DNA of 64,000 nucleotides from Bdellovibrionota bacterium (lineage in GTDB: Bacteria > Bdellovibrionota_C > UBA2361 > OMII01), in the NCBI GenBank assembly GCA_044345405.1, contig JBIJBE010000010.1:28363-92362 (forward strand), written 5' to 3'. A program made the position numbers and the translations under genes. This document shows positions 38,722 through 48,924 of the stretch, one piece after another; within the stretch, counting starts at the first letter, position 1, and each line of letters starts with the position of its first letter. The notes under the pieces are model-generated. The model was not told the origin of the DNA and did not search any database. It saw only the letters and a program-made list of their open reading frames with translations.

Positions 38722-39444
38722 CTACGGATTCAACCGCACCGCCGTCGTATAGCTCGAAACACGCCCCTTATCGCTCTTGAGCCACAAGGTGAGCTGGATG
38801 ATGCCGGGAAGGTTGTTGGCTCTAGGGCCCTCCCATGTATCGCTCCAGTCGTTCGTTTTGCTATCGAAGAACTTATAGCTGATATTCACGAGACGGTTGG
38901 TAATCGGGAAGCGGATCACATCCTTGCACGCGACGTCGAATGGTGGACGATTAGGAAACTCGTCACGGATGAGGAGCAACCCAGGATTTTCACCTCCCTT
39001 CTGGTCGGGATCTTCCTCCACGAGATAGGAGATCTGCACCGCGCCTGAGTGGGAATTTCCGTTATGAATATACTGAGCGGCGTGTTTTGATGTGAAGATG
39101 AGGCTCTGTCCCTTTCCTCCACTTTGCGCGTTCGAGTCGCTCAGGAGAACGGATGGAAGGCGGGTCGTCGTATTGCTTGAGGCGTTGGCGCATGCGGGGG
39201 CGAGCTTCGGGCTCTTTGACGCAAGCTGTAACTCCCGAGTTAGTCGTGTGAGCACCGAGTTCGCAACGAATACACCATCCCGTTGGTCGTCGATCTCCAT
39301 CTTCGACTCTACGAGTGTTGTGATCATGTTGTAGTTTAACAGCACCATGACCGAGAGGATGCCGAGGGCGAGCGCGACCTCGATTAGGGTGAACCCAGAC
39401 GATGGCGATCTTCTTCGTGATTGAATTTCGGAGGTACGCATCAA
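38722..39444 (-). CDS. gspJ: T2SS minor pseudopilin, GspJ-like
   Basis: G|FTLIEV N-methylation site; position in operon. Confidence 0.8.
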   Translation of the reverse strand: MMRTSEIQSRRRSPSSGFTLIEVALALGILSVMVLLNYNMITTLVESKMEIDDQRDGVFVANSVLTRLTRELQLASKSPKLAPACANASSNTTTRLPSVLLSDSNAQSGGKGQSLIFTSKHAAQYIHNGNSHSGAVQISYLVEEDPDQKGGENPGLLLIRDEFPNRPPFDVACKDVIRFPITNRLVNISYKFFDSKTNDWSDTWEGPRANNLPGIIQLTLWLKSDKGRVSSYTTAVRLNP

Positions 39445-39448
39445 TCAC

Positions 39449-39895
39449 CTACATGGACATGAGATACATAATGATGAAGGACTCATCGACCTCTCGTCCC
39501 CACGAAACTCGAAGTAGGATCTTCTTCATCGGATCTTGGCTCGTGTTCGGAAGGGGCAGTACGAAGTCCTCGGACGCTATACTGACAGAGAACGGGGCGA
39601 GCGCTTTTTTATCGATATCCTCGGTGGGTTCTGGGATGGACCATTTTTGGAGCGCGTTCATCGCTGGCTCGCCATCGAAGTTTGCGACCAAGCCTGTTGG
39701 TCCAAGCGCCTCAATAGATGACATGATCCGACGTGCCAGTAGCATTCCCTGTTGAGCGTTCTTATCTCGTATCGTTCGAGCGATAGCGGAGGATTGCATC
39801 CCCACGAGGATTCCAGAGGCCGACGCGAGGATTATGAGAGCGACCATGACCTCGATAAAGGTGAAGCCGGCCTGGTTGTGAGAGGTTCTTCGCAT
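39449..39895 (-). CDS. gspI: T2SS minor pseudopilin, GspI-like
   Basis: G|FTFIEVMVAL; position in operon. Confidence 0.8.
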   Translation of the reverse strand: MRRTSHNQAGFTFIEVMVALIILASASGILVGMQSSAIARTIRDKNAQQGMLLARRIMSSIEALGPTGLVANFDGEPAMNALQKWSIPEPTEDIDKKALAPFSVSIASEDFVLPLPNTSQDPMKKILLRVSWGREVDESFIIMYLMSM

Positions 39896-39903
39896 GAGCT
39901 TCT

Positions 39904-40566
39904 CTACATATTCCACTTGAACTCTTTGTACTCTCGATACACCTCCGCCATGCCGGTCCATGGGTTGACGAGGATAGTCACCGGATGTCCGGGGCCAAGC
40001 GCGAGGTGGATAACCCCGAACTCGGAGGTTCCGCGGGGGGAGAAGATAAGGTAGGGGTTCTCCCGTTTGTCGCCCACAGCGACCTTGCCTCGCGGGTCCA
40101 TCACATCGAGGAACTCCATCGCTCCCGGCAGCGTTGTCGGTTCGGCGAGGGACGGCATAGATGGAGGGGGAATGAGAGTTCCCTGGCTCGCCATGTTGGG
40201 GCTGAGCATCGCGGAGAGTTCAAGTTGCAGAGGGGGGATATTGGCGCCTGGTGCTGCGCCGGTGGTCGTTGCGATACCGTTGCTCGCGTTACTAATAACA
40301 CCTACCCGGTACTGTCTGTTCTCCAAATCGAATTCCAGCCGGTAGAAGCTTTGGTCCATGACCGCCGCGTTGTTGAGATAGACCACGAGGTCTCTCAACT
40401 TGCGGAGCGCCGCCTCCTCTTTCCAGAAATTTATATCGCTGAGACGAACCGAGAATATCCCGATCATGAGGCCCATGATCGTGATCACAAGAACTAACTC
40501 AATCAGTGTAAAGGCGCGTTCCTTGTTACCTTTCGGATAGCTGTGACCTTTCGGATATCTCGGCAT
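39904..40566 (-). CDS. gspH: T2SS minor pseudopilin, GspH-like
   Basis: A|FTLIELVLV; position in operon. Confidence 0.75.
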   Translation of the reverse strand: MPRYPKGHSYPKGNKERAFTLIELVLVITIMGLMIGIFSVRLSDINFWKEEAALRKLRDLVVYLNNAAVMDQSFYRLEFDLENRQYRVGVISNASNGIATTTGAAPGANIPPLQLELSAMLSPNMASQGTLIPPPSMPSLAEPTTLPGAMEFLDVMDPRGKVAVGDKRENPYLIFSPRGTSEFGVIHLALGPGHPVTILVNPWTGMAEVYREYKEFKWNM

Positions 40567-40583
40567 ACATCTCGCTGAGCCTC

Positions 40584-40991
40584 TTATGGTCCTGTGACGA
40601 TGATGTCAGCCGCGGGACCGGTTCCACCTTCGCGCCCATCGGCTCCGAGAGATCGCATCTCGTACCCACGACCACCGTCGAGCACTCTATAGGTAATCTG
40701 ACGTCCCCACGCGTCGGTGGTGTCAGCGCTCTCAAGCGCCTTGATGTCCGTCGGAAGCGCGTTGTTTCGCATCTGGTAGAGGTAGAGGGGCCCCTTCGCG
40801 TTGTTCATCTTCGTCTTCGTGAGCTCGACGCGAGCCTCATCTCCCATGGAGAATACGTTCTTGAAGAGGAATCCCATCGCGATACCAATGATCACGAGTA
40901 CGATGATAATCTCGATAAGTGTCAATCCGCCTTGGTTCTGAGCGGTTGAGAGAGCCCGGAGTCGTTGAACTTTTTTGTCTAATGTCGTCAT
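40584..40991 (-). CDS. gspG: T2SS major pseudopilin
   Basis: G|LTLIEI, DAWG, SLGADGREGG..DI. Confidence 0.9.
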   Translation of the reverse strand: MTTLDKKVQRLRALSTAQNQGGLTLIEIIIVLVIIGIAMGFLFKNVFSMGDEARVELTKTKMNNAKGPLYLYQMRNNALPTDIKALESADTTDAWGRQITYRVLDGGRGYEMRSLGADGREGGTGPAADIIVTGP

Positions 40992-41119
40992 AGCGTTTTC
41001 TTCTCAGTAGGCGCTGATTTTTCCCTTTAAAAATGAGCGCTTAGATACCTGCCTGATATCTGTCTCCCCTTTTGATTCTCACGTTATGCGGACGCAGGCA
41101 ACCGTATTTTCTTCACCAG

Positions 41120-42349
41120 TTACCCCCCTGGTCGTACGGCCTGCATCAGCTTGGTCATAGGCATGAGAACGGAGATAACGATGGAGAAGACGAGACCGCC
41201 GAGGACGATCATCATCAGGGGCTCGATCAAGGAGGTAAGGCCGGCGATCGCGGCGTTAACCTCAGAGGTGAATGATTTCCCAGCTTTCGAGAGCATGTTC
41301 TCCATTTTTCCGCTTTTTTCACCGATCGCGACCATCTGGGAGAGGAGGTTTGGAAAATGGCCACTCTTGGAGAGCTCTTTGGCGAGGCTGCGGCCCTCTC
41401 GGACGCCATCACGAGCCTCCTCAAGCGCTTTGCGCATGTGAACGTTGCCCACGATGTTCTTGACGATATCGAGCGCCTGAAGAAGCTCAACTCCGCCGTT
41501 GAGGAGGGTGCCGAGCGTAGTCGCGACGCGGGCTGTGGCGATCTTTTTGTAGATGGGCCCGAAGAGTGGGGCTTTGAGGAGCTTCGCGTCGAACCACGCG
41601 CGTCCCTTGGGCTGTCGGTAGTAATAGCGCACGAGGGTGATAGCGAGGGCGATCAAGCCGATAATCGCCCACCAGTAGCCCGTGAGGGTATTTGAGAGCG
41701 CGATTACCGCGCGAGTTGGAAAGGGGAGGTCGATCTTTTGTTTGATAAAGATCTCGACGATGTTCGGAACCACGAATGTCACGAGTCCGATAACGACGAG
41801 GGTGCAGAAACCGAACATGAGAATGGGATAGAACAAAGCAGAGGATATCTTTCTCCGAAGCTCCATCTGGGCCTCGTAGTAATCGGAGAGGTTGTCGAGG
41901 ATCGTATCGAGGGTTCCTGACGCCTCTCCCGATTGAACCATGTTGACGTAAAGCCGCGGGAATACCTTGGGATACGCGGCGAGGGACTTAGCCAGAGAGC
42001 TTCCCTGTTCAACCCGCTCTTTGATGTCGACGATTATTCTCTTGAGGGTTGGGGATTCGACCTGATCCGCGAGCGCGTTCAGCGCGGCGACAAGGGGAAG
42101 CCCCGCGTTGGAGAGTGTCGCCAGGAGGCGTGTCGCGACGGTAAGCTCTTTAAGCGAAACTCGATCGCCGAAGAAGTTCTTAACGTTCTGTTTGTTGTCT
42201 TTGGCGGCTTTGTTCGATTCCTTAATGTCGGTGGGAAAGATATTTTGGGTACGAAGCTTCGTCCGCGCCGATCGAAGTGTGTCGGCGTCAACGAGGCCTT
42301 TGATCCTCTTTCCGGTCGCGTTGAGCGCTGTGTATTCGTAAATCGGCAT
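41120..42349 (-). CDS. gspF: T2SS inner-membrane platform protein
   Basis: GEASGTLD, GEKSGKME, IEP. Confidence 0.95.
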   Translation of the reverse strand: MPIYEYTALNATGKRIKGLVDADTLRSARTKLRTQNIFPTDIKESNKAAKDNKQNVKNFFGDRVSLKELTVATRLLATLSNAGLPLVAALNALADQVESPTLKRIIVDIKERVEQGSSLAKSLAAYPKVFPRLYVNMVQSGEASGTLDTILDNLSDYYEAQMELRRKISSALFYPILMFGFCTLVVIGLVTFVVPNIVEIFIKQKIDLPFPTRAVIALSNTLTGYWWAIIGLIALAITLVRYYYRQPKGRAWFDAKLLKAPLFGPIYKKIATARVATTLGTLLNGGVELLQALDIVKNIVGNVHMRKALEEARDGVREGRSLAKELSKSGHFPNLLSQMVAIGEKSGKMENMLSKAGKSFTSEVNAAIAGLTSLIEPLMMIVLGGLVFSIVISVLMPMTKLMQAVRPGG

Positions 42350-42371
42350 AGGTTCGAGGTCGCCCCGTTAG

Positions 42372-44009
42372 CTAGCTCAGTTCCACAAAATCATCATGGG
42401 TCGCGAGTATAACCTCTTCAACGGAGGTTACACCTTGAAGCACCTTACGTCCGCCATCCATACGGAGGGTAGAGAATCCGCGCTTCATCGCGGAGGTTTT
42501 GATCGTGTTAGAGTCGAGTCGACCGATAATCTGACCCCGAACTTCGTCGTCAATGACCAGGATCTCGTGTATACCGAGTCGACCGGCATAGCCACTTCCT
42601 TGACAGTGAGGACACTGAGCTGTTCCTGGCCTGAAGATCTGCCGGCTCGTGATCTTGGATGGATCCAGTCCGATCTCTTTGATCTCCTCGTCCGTTATCT
42701 CTCCCGGTACCTTGCAATGCTTACATAATCGTCGCACGAGTCGTTGCGCGACAACCGCGAGGAGACTGGAGGAAACGAGGAATGGCTCTACTCCCATGTC
42801 AACAAGACGGGTCACCGCTCCGGCGGAGTCGTTGGTGTGGAGTGTGGAGAGAACTAAGTGTCCCGTGAGCGACGCTTGAATCGCGATCTCGGCGGTCTCT
42901 CCATCTCGAATCTCTCCCACCATCACTACATCGGGATCCTGACGCAAGATGGCTCGGAGCCCACTCGCGAAGGTGAAGTCGATCTTGGAATTGATCTGCA
43001 TCTGTCCGACGCCATCGAGCTGGTACTCGATCGGATCTTCAACGGTGAGGATATTGAGGTCGGGTTTATTGATATACGTAAGGCACGCGTAGAGCGTGGT
43101 TGTCTTACCGGAACCCGTTGGTCCCGTCACCAGAACGATACCGTTCGGCTTCTGAAGGAGCTTCTTCATGAGCGAGAGGTTTCGCTCATCGATACCGAGT
43201 TGATCGAGGTCGAGGACCGCTCCTGACTTGTCGAGAAGACGCATTACGATTCGCTCACCGAACTGTGTGGGCACGGTCGACACACGGATGTCGACATCTT
43301 TGCCGGCGATCTTCAAGCCGATACGTCCGTCCTGGGGAAGTCGTTTTTCAGCGATGTTCAATCCTGACATTACCTTTACGCGCGAGATGATCGCGGCTTG
43401 GAACGACTTGTCCTCGCTCGCGACGTCGTAGAGTACCCCGTCGACACGGAAGCGAACCTTCAGGCGTTCCTCGAACGGCTCGATGTGCACGTCGGAAGCG
43501 CGCTCAGAGCTCGCCTTGAAAATGATCGCGTTGACGTAGCGAATGATCGGCGCGTCGTCGTCATCGGAATCGGTAACGTCGATTTTGAGCTGGGTCGCAA
43601 GATCCTCCTCATCCTTGCTCTCAGAGTCGCTCAGGTTGCTTGAGCGGTCAGACATGAGGCTTGTGCGGATAGAGTTGATCGCTTTGGTTACCTCATCGGG
43701 AGATGTCACGAGGACCTTTATCGGACGTTCGTAGCATACGCGGAGTTGATCGATAGCCTCCACGTTGAGAGGATCGGCGGTCGCGACCACAACGTGAGAG
43801 TTGTCTCCTCCGACCGGTACCGTTAAGAATTGACGACCCCATGAGCCGGCGATTCGGTCGAAGTCGCCGCGAACCGGATCTCGAGGCGGGGACGGCTCTG
43901 GAAGGCGGTCGACGTACTGCATTCCTAGGAACTGCGCCAACACCTTCCCGTGCGCCCCATCGGGGATGGTTTGGTGTGCTCCTGTCTGGATGGATGACGG
44001 ATTGTTCAT
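42372..44009 (-). CDS. gspE: T2SS ATPase
   Basis: ASDVHIEP, GPTGSGKTTT, LRQDPDVVMVGEIRD, CxxC pairs. Confidence 0.97.
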   Translation of the reverse strand: MNNPSSIQTGAHQTIPDGAHGKVLAQFLGMQYVDRLPEPSPPRDPVRGDFDRIAGSWGRQFLTVPVGGDNSHVVVATADPLNVEAIDQLRVCYERPIKVLVTSPDEVTKAINSIRTSLMSDRSSNLSDSESKDEEDLATQLKIDVTDSDDDDAPIIRYVNAIIFKASSERASDVHIEPFEERLKVRFRVDGVLYDVASEDKSFQAAIISRVKVMSGLNIAEKRLPQDGRIGLKIAGKDVDIRVSTVPTQFGERIVMRLLDKSGAVLDLDQLGIDERNLSLMKKLLQKPNGIVLVTGPTGSGKTTTLYACLTYINKPDLNILTVEDPIEYQLDGVGQMQINSKIDFTFASGLRAILRQDPDVVMVGEIRDGETAEIAIQASLTGHLVLSTLHTNDSAGAVTRLVDMGVEPFLVSSSLLAVVAQRLVRRLCKHCKVPGEITDEEIKEIGLDPSKITSRQIFRPGTAQCPHCQGSGYAGRLGIHEILVIDDEVRGQIIGRLDSNTIKTSAMKRGFSTLRMDGGRKVLQGVTSVEEVILATHDDFVELS

Positions 44010-46828
44010 CGAGCTCCTTTCTTAGCCCATGGGCCCTTTCCGAGATTCATTATCTCGTATGGCGAGAGAGAGTACCAGGAGCCGAGTCGCGGGTAGTCTA
44101 ACTGCGCCGCCTCTTGAGATGGATACGCCGAACGTATTCGCACCGGAATACTCTGATTGTTCCAGAGGTAGACGTAATCCCCTCGAGGCGCGAAGAACTT
44201 TCTGGCTTGCTCCGAGCTTTCGGCCGGTATCATGAGACCGCCGATTCCGTGAGAACCCTTGACGAGGAAGGGAAGGTCCTTCTTCGCGTCCTCTTTCCGG
44301 GCGAGTTCTACTACCACGAAGGTGCCGGCGGATTGGGCCGATGCCGAGGACTTCACCGCCCCCGGTTTAAGGGATGACCGTGGTGACGACGAGGAGGGAA
44401 GGGCGTCTAGATCGAGCACATCGCTCTTCCCCTCTCCATTCGCGGCGTCGAGGTCCAGCGTTCCGCGGCTTGGATCGTCGACGATAACGTGCTTCTCCTT
44501 AGGAGCCTTCACCGCCTTGTTCGCCACCCCCTCCGTGTACTTCTGCGGAGGAAGGATCGTTCCAGGTTTCGGTCCCTCGTACGGAATCGATTCGGCCACC
44601 TTGTCGATGCGTTGGTTCTCAAGCACCTCTTTTCGAGATGGATTGACGTCGTACGCCGCGATCACATCCTCGAGGCGATCTCGGCCCTCGATCGTCGCGT
44701 CACGCGCGTCGAATTGGTCCTTCACGATTCGAGGTGTGAGGAAGATGAGGAGGTTCTGTTGGAGCCGAGCCTGTGTGTTCGCCTTGAACGCGTGTCCGAG
44801 CACCGGAATATCCTTGAGGTACGGAACGCCCTCATCGGTCTCTCCCGTGTCGTCGGAGATCAATCCACCGGTAACGATCATCTGGCCGTCCTTAGCGATA
44901 ATGGTCGTCTCGCTCTGACGCTTTCGTGTCGTTGGTCCAAGGGTGGAGTTAATCGTCGATTCATCGAGCGCCGATACCTCGGTGAATACCTTCAGCGTCA
45001 CGTAATCTCGTGAGCTGATCTGAGGAGTGATTCGGAGCGTGATACCGACATCCTGACGATCCACCTGGTTGAAGGTGTTGTTCAAGTTCGTCGCGTTCGT
45101 CGATGTGCTCGCGAGGAACGGAACGTTCTTACCTACGACGATCTGCGCCTCTTCGTTGTCCGTCGCTAGAATCGTCGGAGCGCTCAGCAGGTTCACGTTG
45201 TTGTTTCGTTGCGCCGCTGACATGAGAACGCTCTGTGTTGGAATCGTGAGACCTCCCGGTAGCGTGAGAGATCCCGCGCTCGCCGCCGCGAGGGTCAACC
45301 CCTGCAGCTTCTGTGGATCGGTGAAGAGGGTGTTGAGGCTGTTGGTGTTAGCGAAGTCGCTCTTAATGAGACCACCTCCATCAGCTCCACCGGTTGAGCC
45401 CAAGAAGGAGGTGCTCGTCCGGATACTGTGGTCGATCGAAACCTCAAGAAGGGTCGCCTCCACGAGCGCCTGACGCCGCTTCACGTCGATTTGCGCGAGG
45501 AGTCCACGGATGCGCTCGTAGTCGAGCTTGCTCGCCGCGATAATGAGCGAGTTAGTCGCTGGGTCAGCGGTGATATTGATATTCTCGCCGAGCTGGGTCG
45601 ACATGGGACCTTGCTGTCCGCCGGCTCCGCCACCTCCCGTGCCGCCGCCACCGGTACCCGCGCCTCCAAATGCTCCCTGATTTTGAGATGAGGACCGTTG
45701 TTGAGATCCAGAGAGTCCGCTTCGAGATGATGAGCTACCGGAGAGCCTTCCAGGGGTCGTGCCGGTCGTTCCCGAACCAGCTCCGCCGCCACCCGCGAGT
45801 CCTGATAGAACTTGCGCGAGCTCCTCGGCGTTCGCGTGCTGACATCGGTAGACGTAGAACTTGTTTCCTGAAAGATCGAGTTTACTGTCGAGCTGAGCGA
45901 TGAGCGCTCGAACTCGAGCGGTGGTATCGCCATCGGCGACGACGATGATCGAGTTGGTGCGTTGATCCGCGATAATCTTTGGTTCGATTCCTCTCGCCGC
46001 GACGGTTCGTCCTCCCATAGCGACACGTTGCGCTCCGCCCGGAACGGGTGGGGCGGCGGCCGCCGCTGGGTCCCCGATATTGGCTCGCGCCATATCCGAG
46101 TTGCCGTCTCTTCGGTTACCCTCGCCAAGGATGTCGGCGAGCTTCTGCGCGACATCTTGGGCATCGGCGTATTGAATTGGAATGATTGTCATCTCTCGGT
46201 TGGAGAACGGCACGTCAAGCTCATCGACGAGTTTTACAAGCCTCTCGATATTATCCTCTGAATCGATCAGAATGAGTGAGTTCGTCCCGGTGTACGCGTT
46301 GACAAGTCCATCGGCTGAAACCAGCTGCGAGAGTATCTGTTGAATATCTTGAGCGTTGACGTATTTTAGGTTCACAAGGCGAGTGACAACAGCCGCCGTC
46401 GCTTTCTCTATTCGAGACTCCGTCAGGGTAGGAATAGTGCTCTGTCGCGCCTCTTTGGATGGAACGATCTTCCAGATATTGTCCCCGATCGGAACTGAGG
46501 TGAAGCCCTTGAGCGCGAGCACGGAGTCAAGGATGCGAAGTGATTCCTCCGCTGAGACCTTGCCCGGAAGATAAATAGACACCTTGCCGCGAACCTTTTC
46601 GTCCAGAATATAGTTACGCTTGAGCTTACGTGAGAAGATACGGATGATCGACGCTATCTCGGCGTTCTTCACGTTGATCTCGGTGTTTGAATCCTTCGCG
46701 ATGTCGTCGCCCTCGTCCGCTGGACGCGCTCCACCCGGTCGTGGCTGGGCGATGACCGGAGCGATGACACTCTGACTGATCAGAGCTCCTGCCACCATAG
46801 CTTTCATGAGGTGTGTTAGACGTTTCAT
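44006..46828 (-). CDS. gspD: T2SS secretin with Gly/Ser insert and long C-terminal extension
   Basis: N0-N3 domains, APTILATDNEEA, VGITLRITPQI, VPYLKDIPVLG. Confidence 0.95.
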   Translation of the reverse strand: MKRLTHLMKAMVAGALISQSVIAPVIAQPRPGGARPADEGDDIAKDSNTEINVKNAEIASIIRIFSRKLKRNYILDEKVRGKVSIYLPGKVSAEESLRILDSVLALKGFTSVPIGDNIWKIVPSKEARQSTIPTLTESRIEKATAAVVTRLVNLKYVNAQDIQQILSQLVSADGLVNAYTGTNSLILIDSEDNIERLVKLVDELDVPFSNREMTIIPIQYADAQDVAQKLADILGEGNRRDGNSDMARANIGDPAAAAAPPVPGGAQRVAMGGRTVAARGIEPKIIADQRTNSIIVVADGDTTARVRALIAQLDSKLDLSGNKFYVYRCQHANAEELAQVLSGLAGGGGAGSGTTGTTPGRLSGSSSSRSGLSGSQQRSSSQNQGAFGGAGTGGGGTGGGGAGGQQGPMSTQLGENINITADPATNSLIIAASKLDYERIRGLLAQIDVKRRQALVEATLLEVSIDHSIRTSTSFLGSTGGADGGGLIKSDFANTNSLNTLFTDPQKLQGLTLAAASAGSLTLPGGLTIPTQSVLMSAAQRNNNVNLLSAPTILATDNEEAQIVVGKNVPFLASTSTNATNLNNTFNQVDRQDVGITLRITPQISSRDYVTLKVFTEVSALDESTINSTLGPTTRKRQSETTIIAKDGQMIVTGGLISDDTGETDEGVPYLKDIPVLGHAFKANTQARLQQNLLIFLTPRIVKDQFDARDATIEGRDRLEDVIAAYDVNPSRKEVLENQRIDKVAESIPYEGPKPGTILPPQKYTEGVANKAVKAPKEKHVIVDDPSRGTLDLDAANGEGKSDVLDLDALPSSSSPRSSLKPGAVKSSASAQSAGTFVVVELARKEDAKKDLPFLVKGSHGIGGLMIPAESSEQARKFFAPRGDYVYLWNNQSIPVRIRSAYPSQEAAQLDYPRLGSWYSLSPYEIMNLGKGPWAKKGAR

Positions 46829-46831
46829 GCG

Positions 46832-47758
46832 TTACCTTATGGTATATTTAAATTCTCTATCTTGTTTCTCGCGCTCGAGAACCAAGTTAATACTGCGCTC
46901 CTGCTTGAGTTGCTCGAAAAGTTTCAGCGCCTGCGTGATATCCGCGAGGCTGTTTCCGTTGATCGACTTGAGGATGTCACCATTCTTTAGGCCAATCTTC
47001 TCGTAGAGGCTTCCGCTCTTGATAGCGAAGAGGCGTAAACCGATCGACCGACCATCTTTGAAATATGGAACCGCGCGCGCTTGCGTGAGAAGAAGGGGAA
47101 GGTTCTCAAGTCCTTTATCGAGCTCGGCTTCGTCGACGACGAAATCGTCGCCGTTCGAGGTGATTCCAGCTCCTCCTTGAGATTCCCCTCCACCGAAGTC
47201 ATCGAGCCTGAGGACCTCAAGTTTTCCGAGACGCTCGATCTCAACACGATCTTGATAGATCTTTTTGAGGGTCGCTTGCTCGAAGATCGAGTCCCCGAGG
47301 AGGAACATATCCTGGGTCTGTTTCTTCTTGTCCTCGATGATCGCGTACGGCTCCTGGCCGTCCGTGACAAAGGTGCCAATCAGGGTGAGACTCAGCGGGC
47401 TGGGAGGGGGCGCCGCTGGTGCCGCGGGAGCGGCTGGTCCTCCAAGCGCTCCGAAGATCTTCGTATCGGAGATGAGCTTCCAGTTTCTTTCGATTTCGGC
47501 AGTTGGTTGGGCGTTTAAGGGGGAACCGCTCAAGATCGCTCCGAGGCGCACCTCGAGCTCGCTCTCAATACCTTTGCGCGAGAGGGTGTCATTAACAGCG
47601 ATGGTGAGAAACGAGAGGAGAGCCCCACACGCAACAACCATCGAGAGGAGGCGAACCCCCTTGGTTATCAACACGATGTTTTGACGTCGCATTAAGCGAT
47701 GAAGAATCTGCGCGAAATCGAGATCCTTAATCCCTTGAAGCGAGAGAGAGTTTGCCAC
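46832..47758 (-). CDS. gspC: T2SS protein C with PDZ domain
   Basis: TM helix, HR domain (LTLIGT..YAIIED), PDZ (GLKNGDILKSING). Confidence 0.9.
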   Translation of the reverse strand: MANSLSLQGIKDLDFAQILHRLMRRQNIVLITKGVRLLSMVVACGALLSFLTIAVNDTLSRKGIESELEVRLGAILSGSPLNAQPTAEIERNWKLISDTKIFGALGGPAAPAAPAAPPPSPLSLTLIGTFVTDGQEPYAIIEDKKKQTQDMFLLGDSIFEQATLKKIYQDRVEIERLGKLEVLRLDDFGGGESQGGAGITSNGDDFVVDEAELDKGLENLPLLLTQARAVPYFKDGRSIGLRLFAIKSGSLYEKIGLKNGDILKSINGNSLADITQALKLFEQLKQERSINLVLEREKQDREFKYTIR

Positions 47759-48031
47759 GAGCTGCCTGTTAAAACCGATACTTCAACATCACAACGTTAA
47801 ATGTTTCGATGGGTTAGTGAGCTTGTTCGCTCTGTGCCTCACGTCCCAAACCCCATTTTCATTGGGTTTAGGTTCTTTTTTGCCCATCGACGATAAGATG
47901 AGATGACGACGTTCTAAGGTGAGGAAAAATCAAATGCATTAGTGAAAGTATCCCGCCGGGGCGCGGAGCGCCATGTGGAATATGTCGCTGGTTGAGCGAG
48001 AAAAGGGGGGAGGGAAAGGTGGTAGATCCAG

Positions 48032-48826
48032 TTACTCGGAGGTCGCTGGAAGTTCATCCACCGGGGTATCCGCCCTGTGTTCCTGTTCGTGGGCGATTGC
48101 GAGGCGACGTGACCACCGCTCCGAGAAGAGCTTCTCCCGAGCTTCGACGGCGGCTGTATTCCCCCTCTGTTTGTAGAAATCGATGATGAGCTGGTCGTAC
48201 GCGGCGAGCTGCTCCACAACAGGGGCGCGCTCGCGCTCCGCGGCGAATGAATATTCGGAGCCGGGGTATTTCTCAACGATGCCGTCAAAGATCGCGAGCG
48301 CTCGCTCAAGGGGCTGCCGATCTCGGCCTGTGCCTCCACCAGCGGAGTGCACGTGAGCGCGAGCGGCTTGTAGTTCGATGTACGGGGAATCAGGGCTGCC
48401 CGGGTAGCTCTTGAGGTATCCCTCATAGAACTTTGCCGCTTCATTGAATTCGCTATTGAAGTAATAACAATCGGCGACCTTTACCTCCGAGAATTGTCCG
48501 TATGCTCCGAGCGGAAACCGATCCTTAATTGACTGGAACTGGTCGCGGGCGAGGGAATACATCCCGGCCTCGTAGAGTTGTTTGGCCTCCGCTATGATAT
48601 CTCCCTCAGGTCCCTGGGAGTCGTCTATGGCGTTTTTGGCTTTTATCTCTTTAGCTTCAGGGTCGGACGGGTTGGGGGAGGGATCGCCCGTCGAGGCGCA
48701 TGCGCTTGCGCACGCGAGGAAGAGTCCCAGAGCTAACCGGAGCGAGGCACTCCGCATTAGGGAGCGTAACATATCTGACTTGTTGGATGATTCTGCTCGC
48801 ATGAGACCTGTTTGTACTGATTTCAC
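48032..48826 (-). CDS. bamD: Outer-membrane assembly lipoprotein BamD (start probably downstream of 48826)
   Basis: Lipobox, TPRs, FPLGAY, YPGS, RDRQP. Confidence 0.85.
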   Translation of the reverse strand: MKSVQTGLMRAESSNKSDMLRSLMRSASLRLALGLFLACASACASTGDPSPNPSDPEAKEIKAKNAIDDSQGPEGDIIAEAKQLYEAGMYSLARDQFQSIKDRFPLGAYGQFSEVKVADCYYFNSEFNEAAKFYEGYLKSYPGSPDSPYIELQAARAHVHSAGGGTGRDRQPLERALAIFDGIVEKYPGSEYSFAAERERAPVVEQLAAYDQLIIDFYKQRGNTAAVEAREKLFSERWSRRLAIAHEQEHRADTPVDELPATSE

Positions 48827-48924
48827 CAGGGGTAGGCTAGCAGCATCAGGTTGGTTGCGCTATACCGCCTACTTTGGCGCCCCACATAAGGTTGGGGGCG
48901 GGAGAAGATAGGACACAGTTACGT

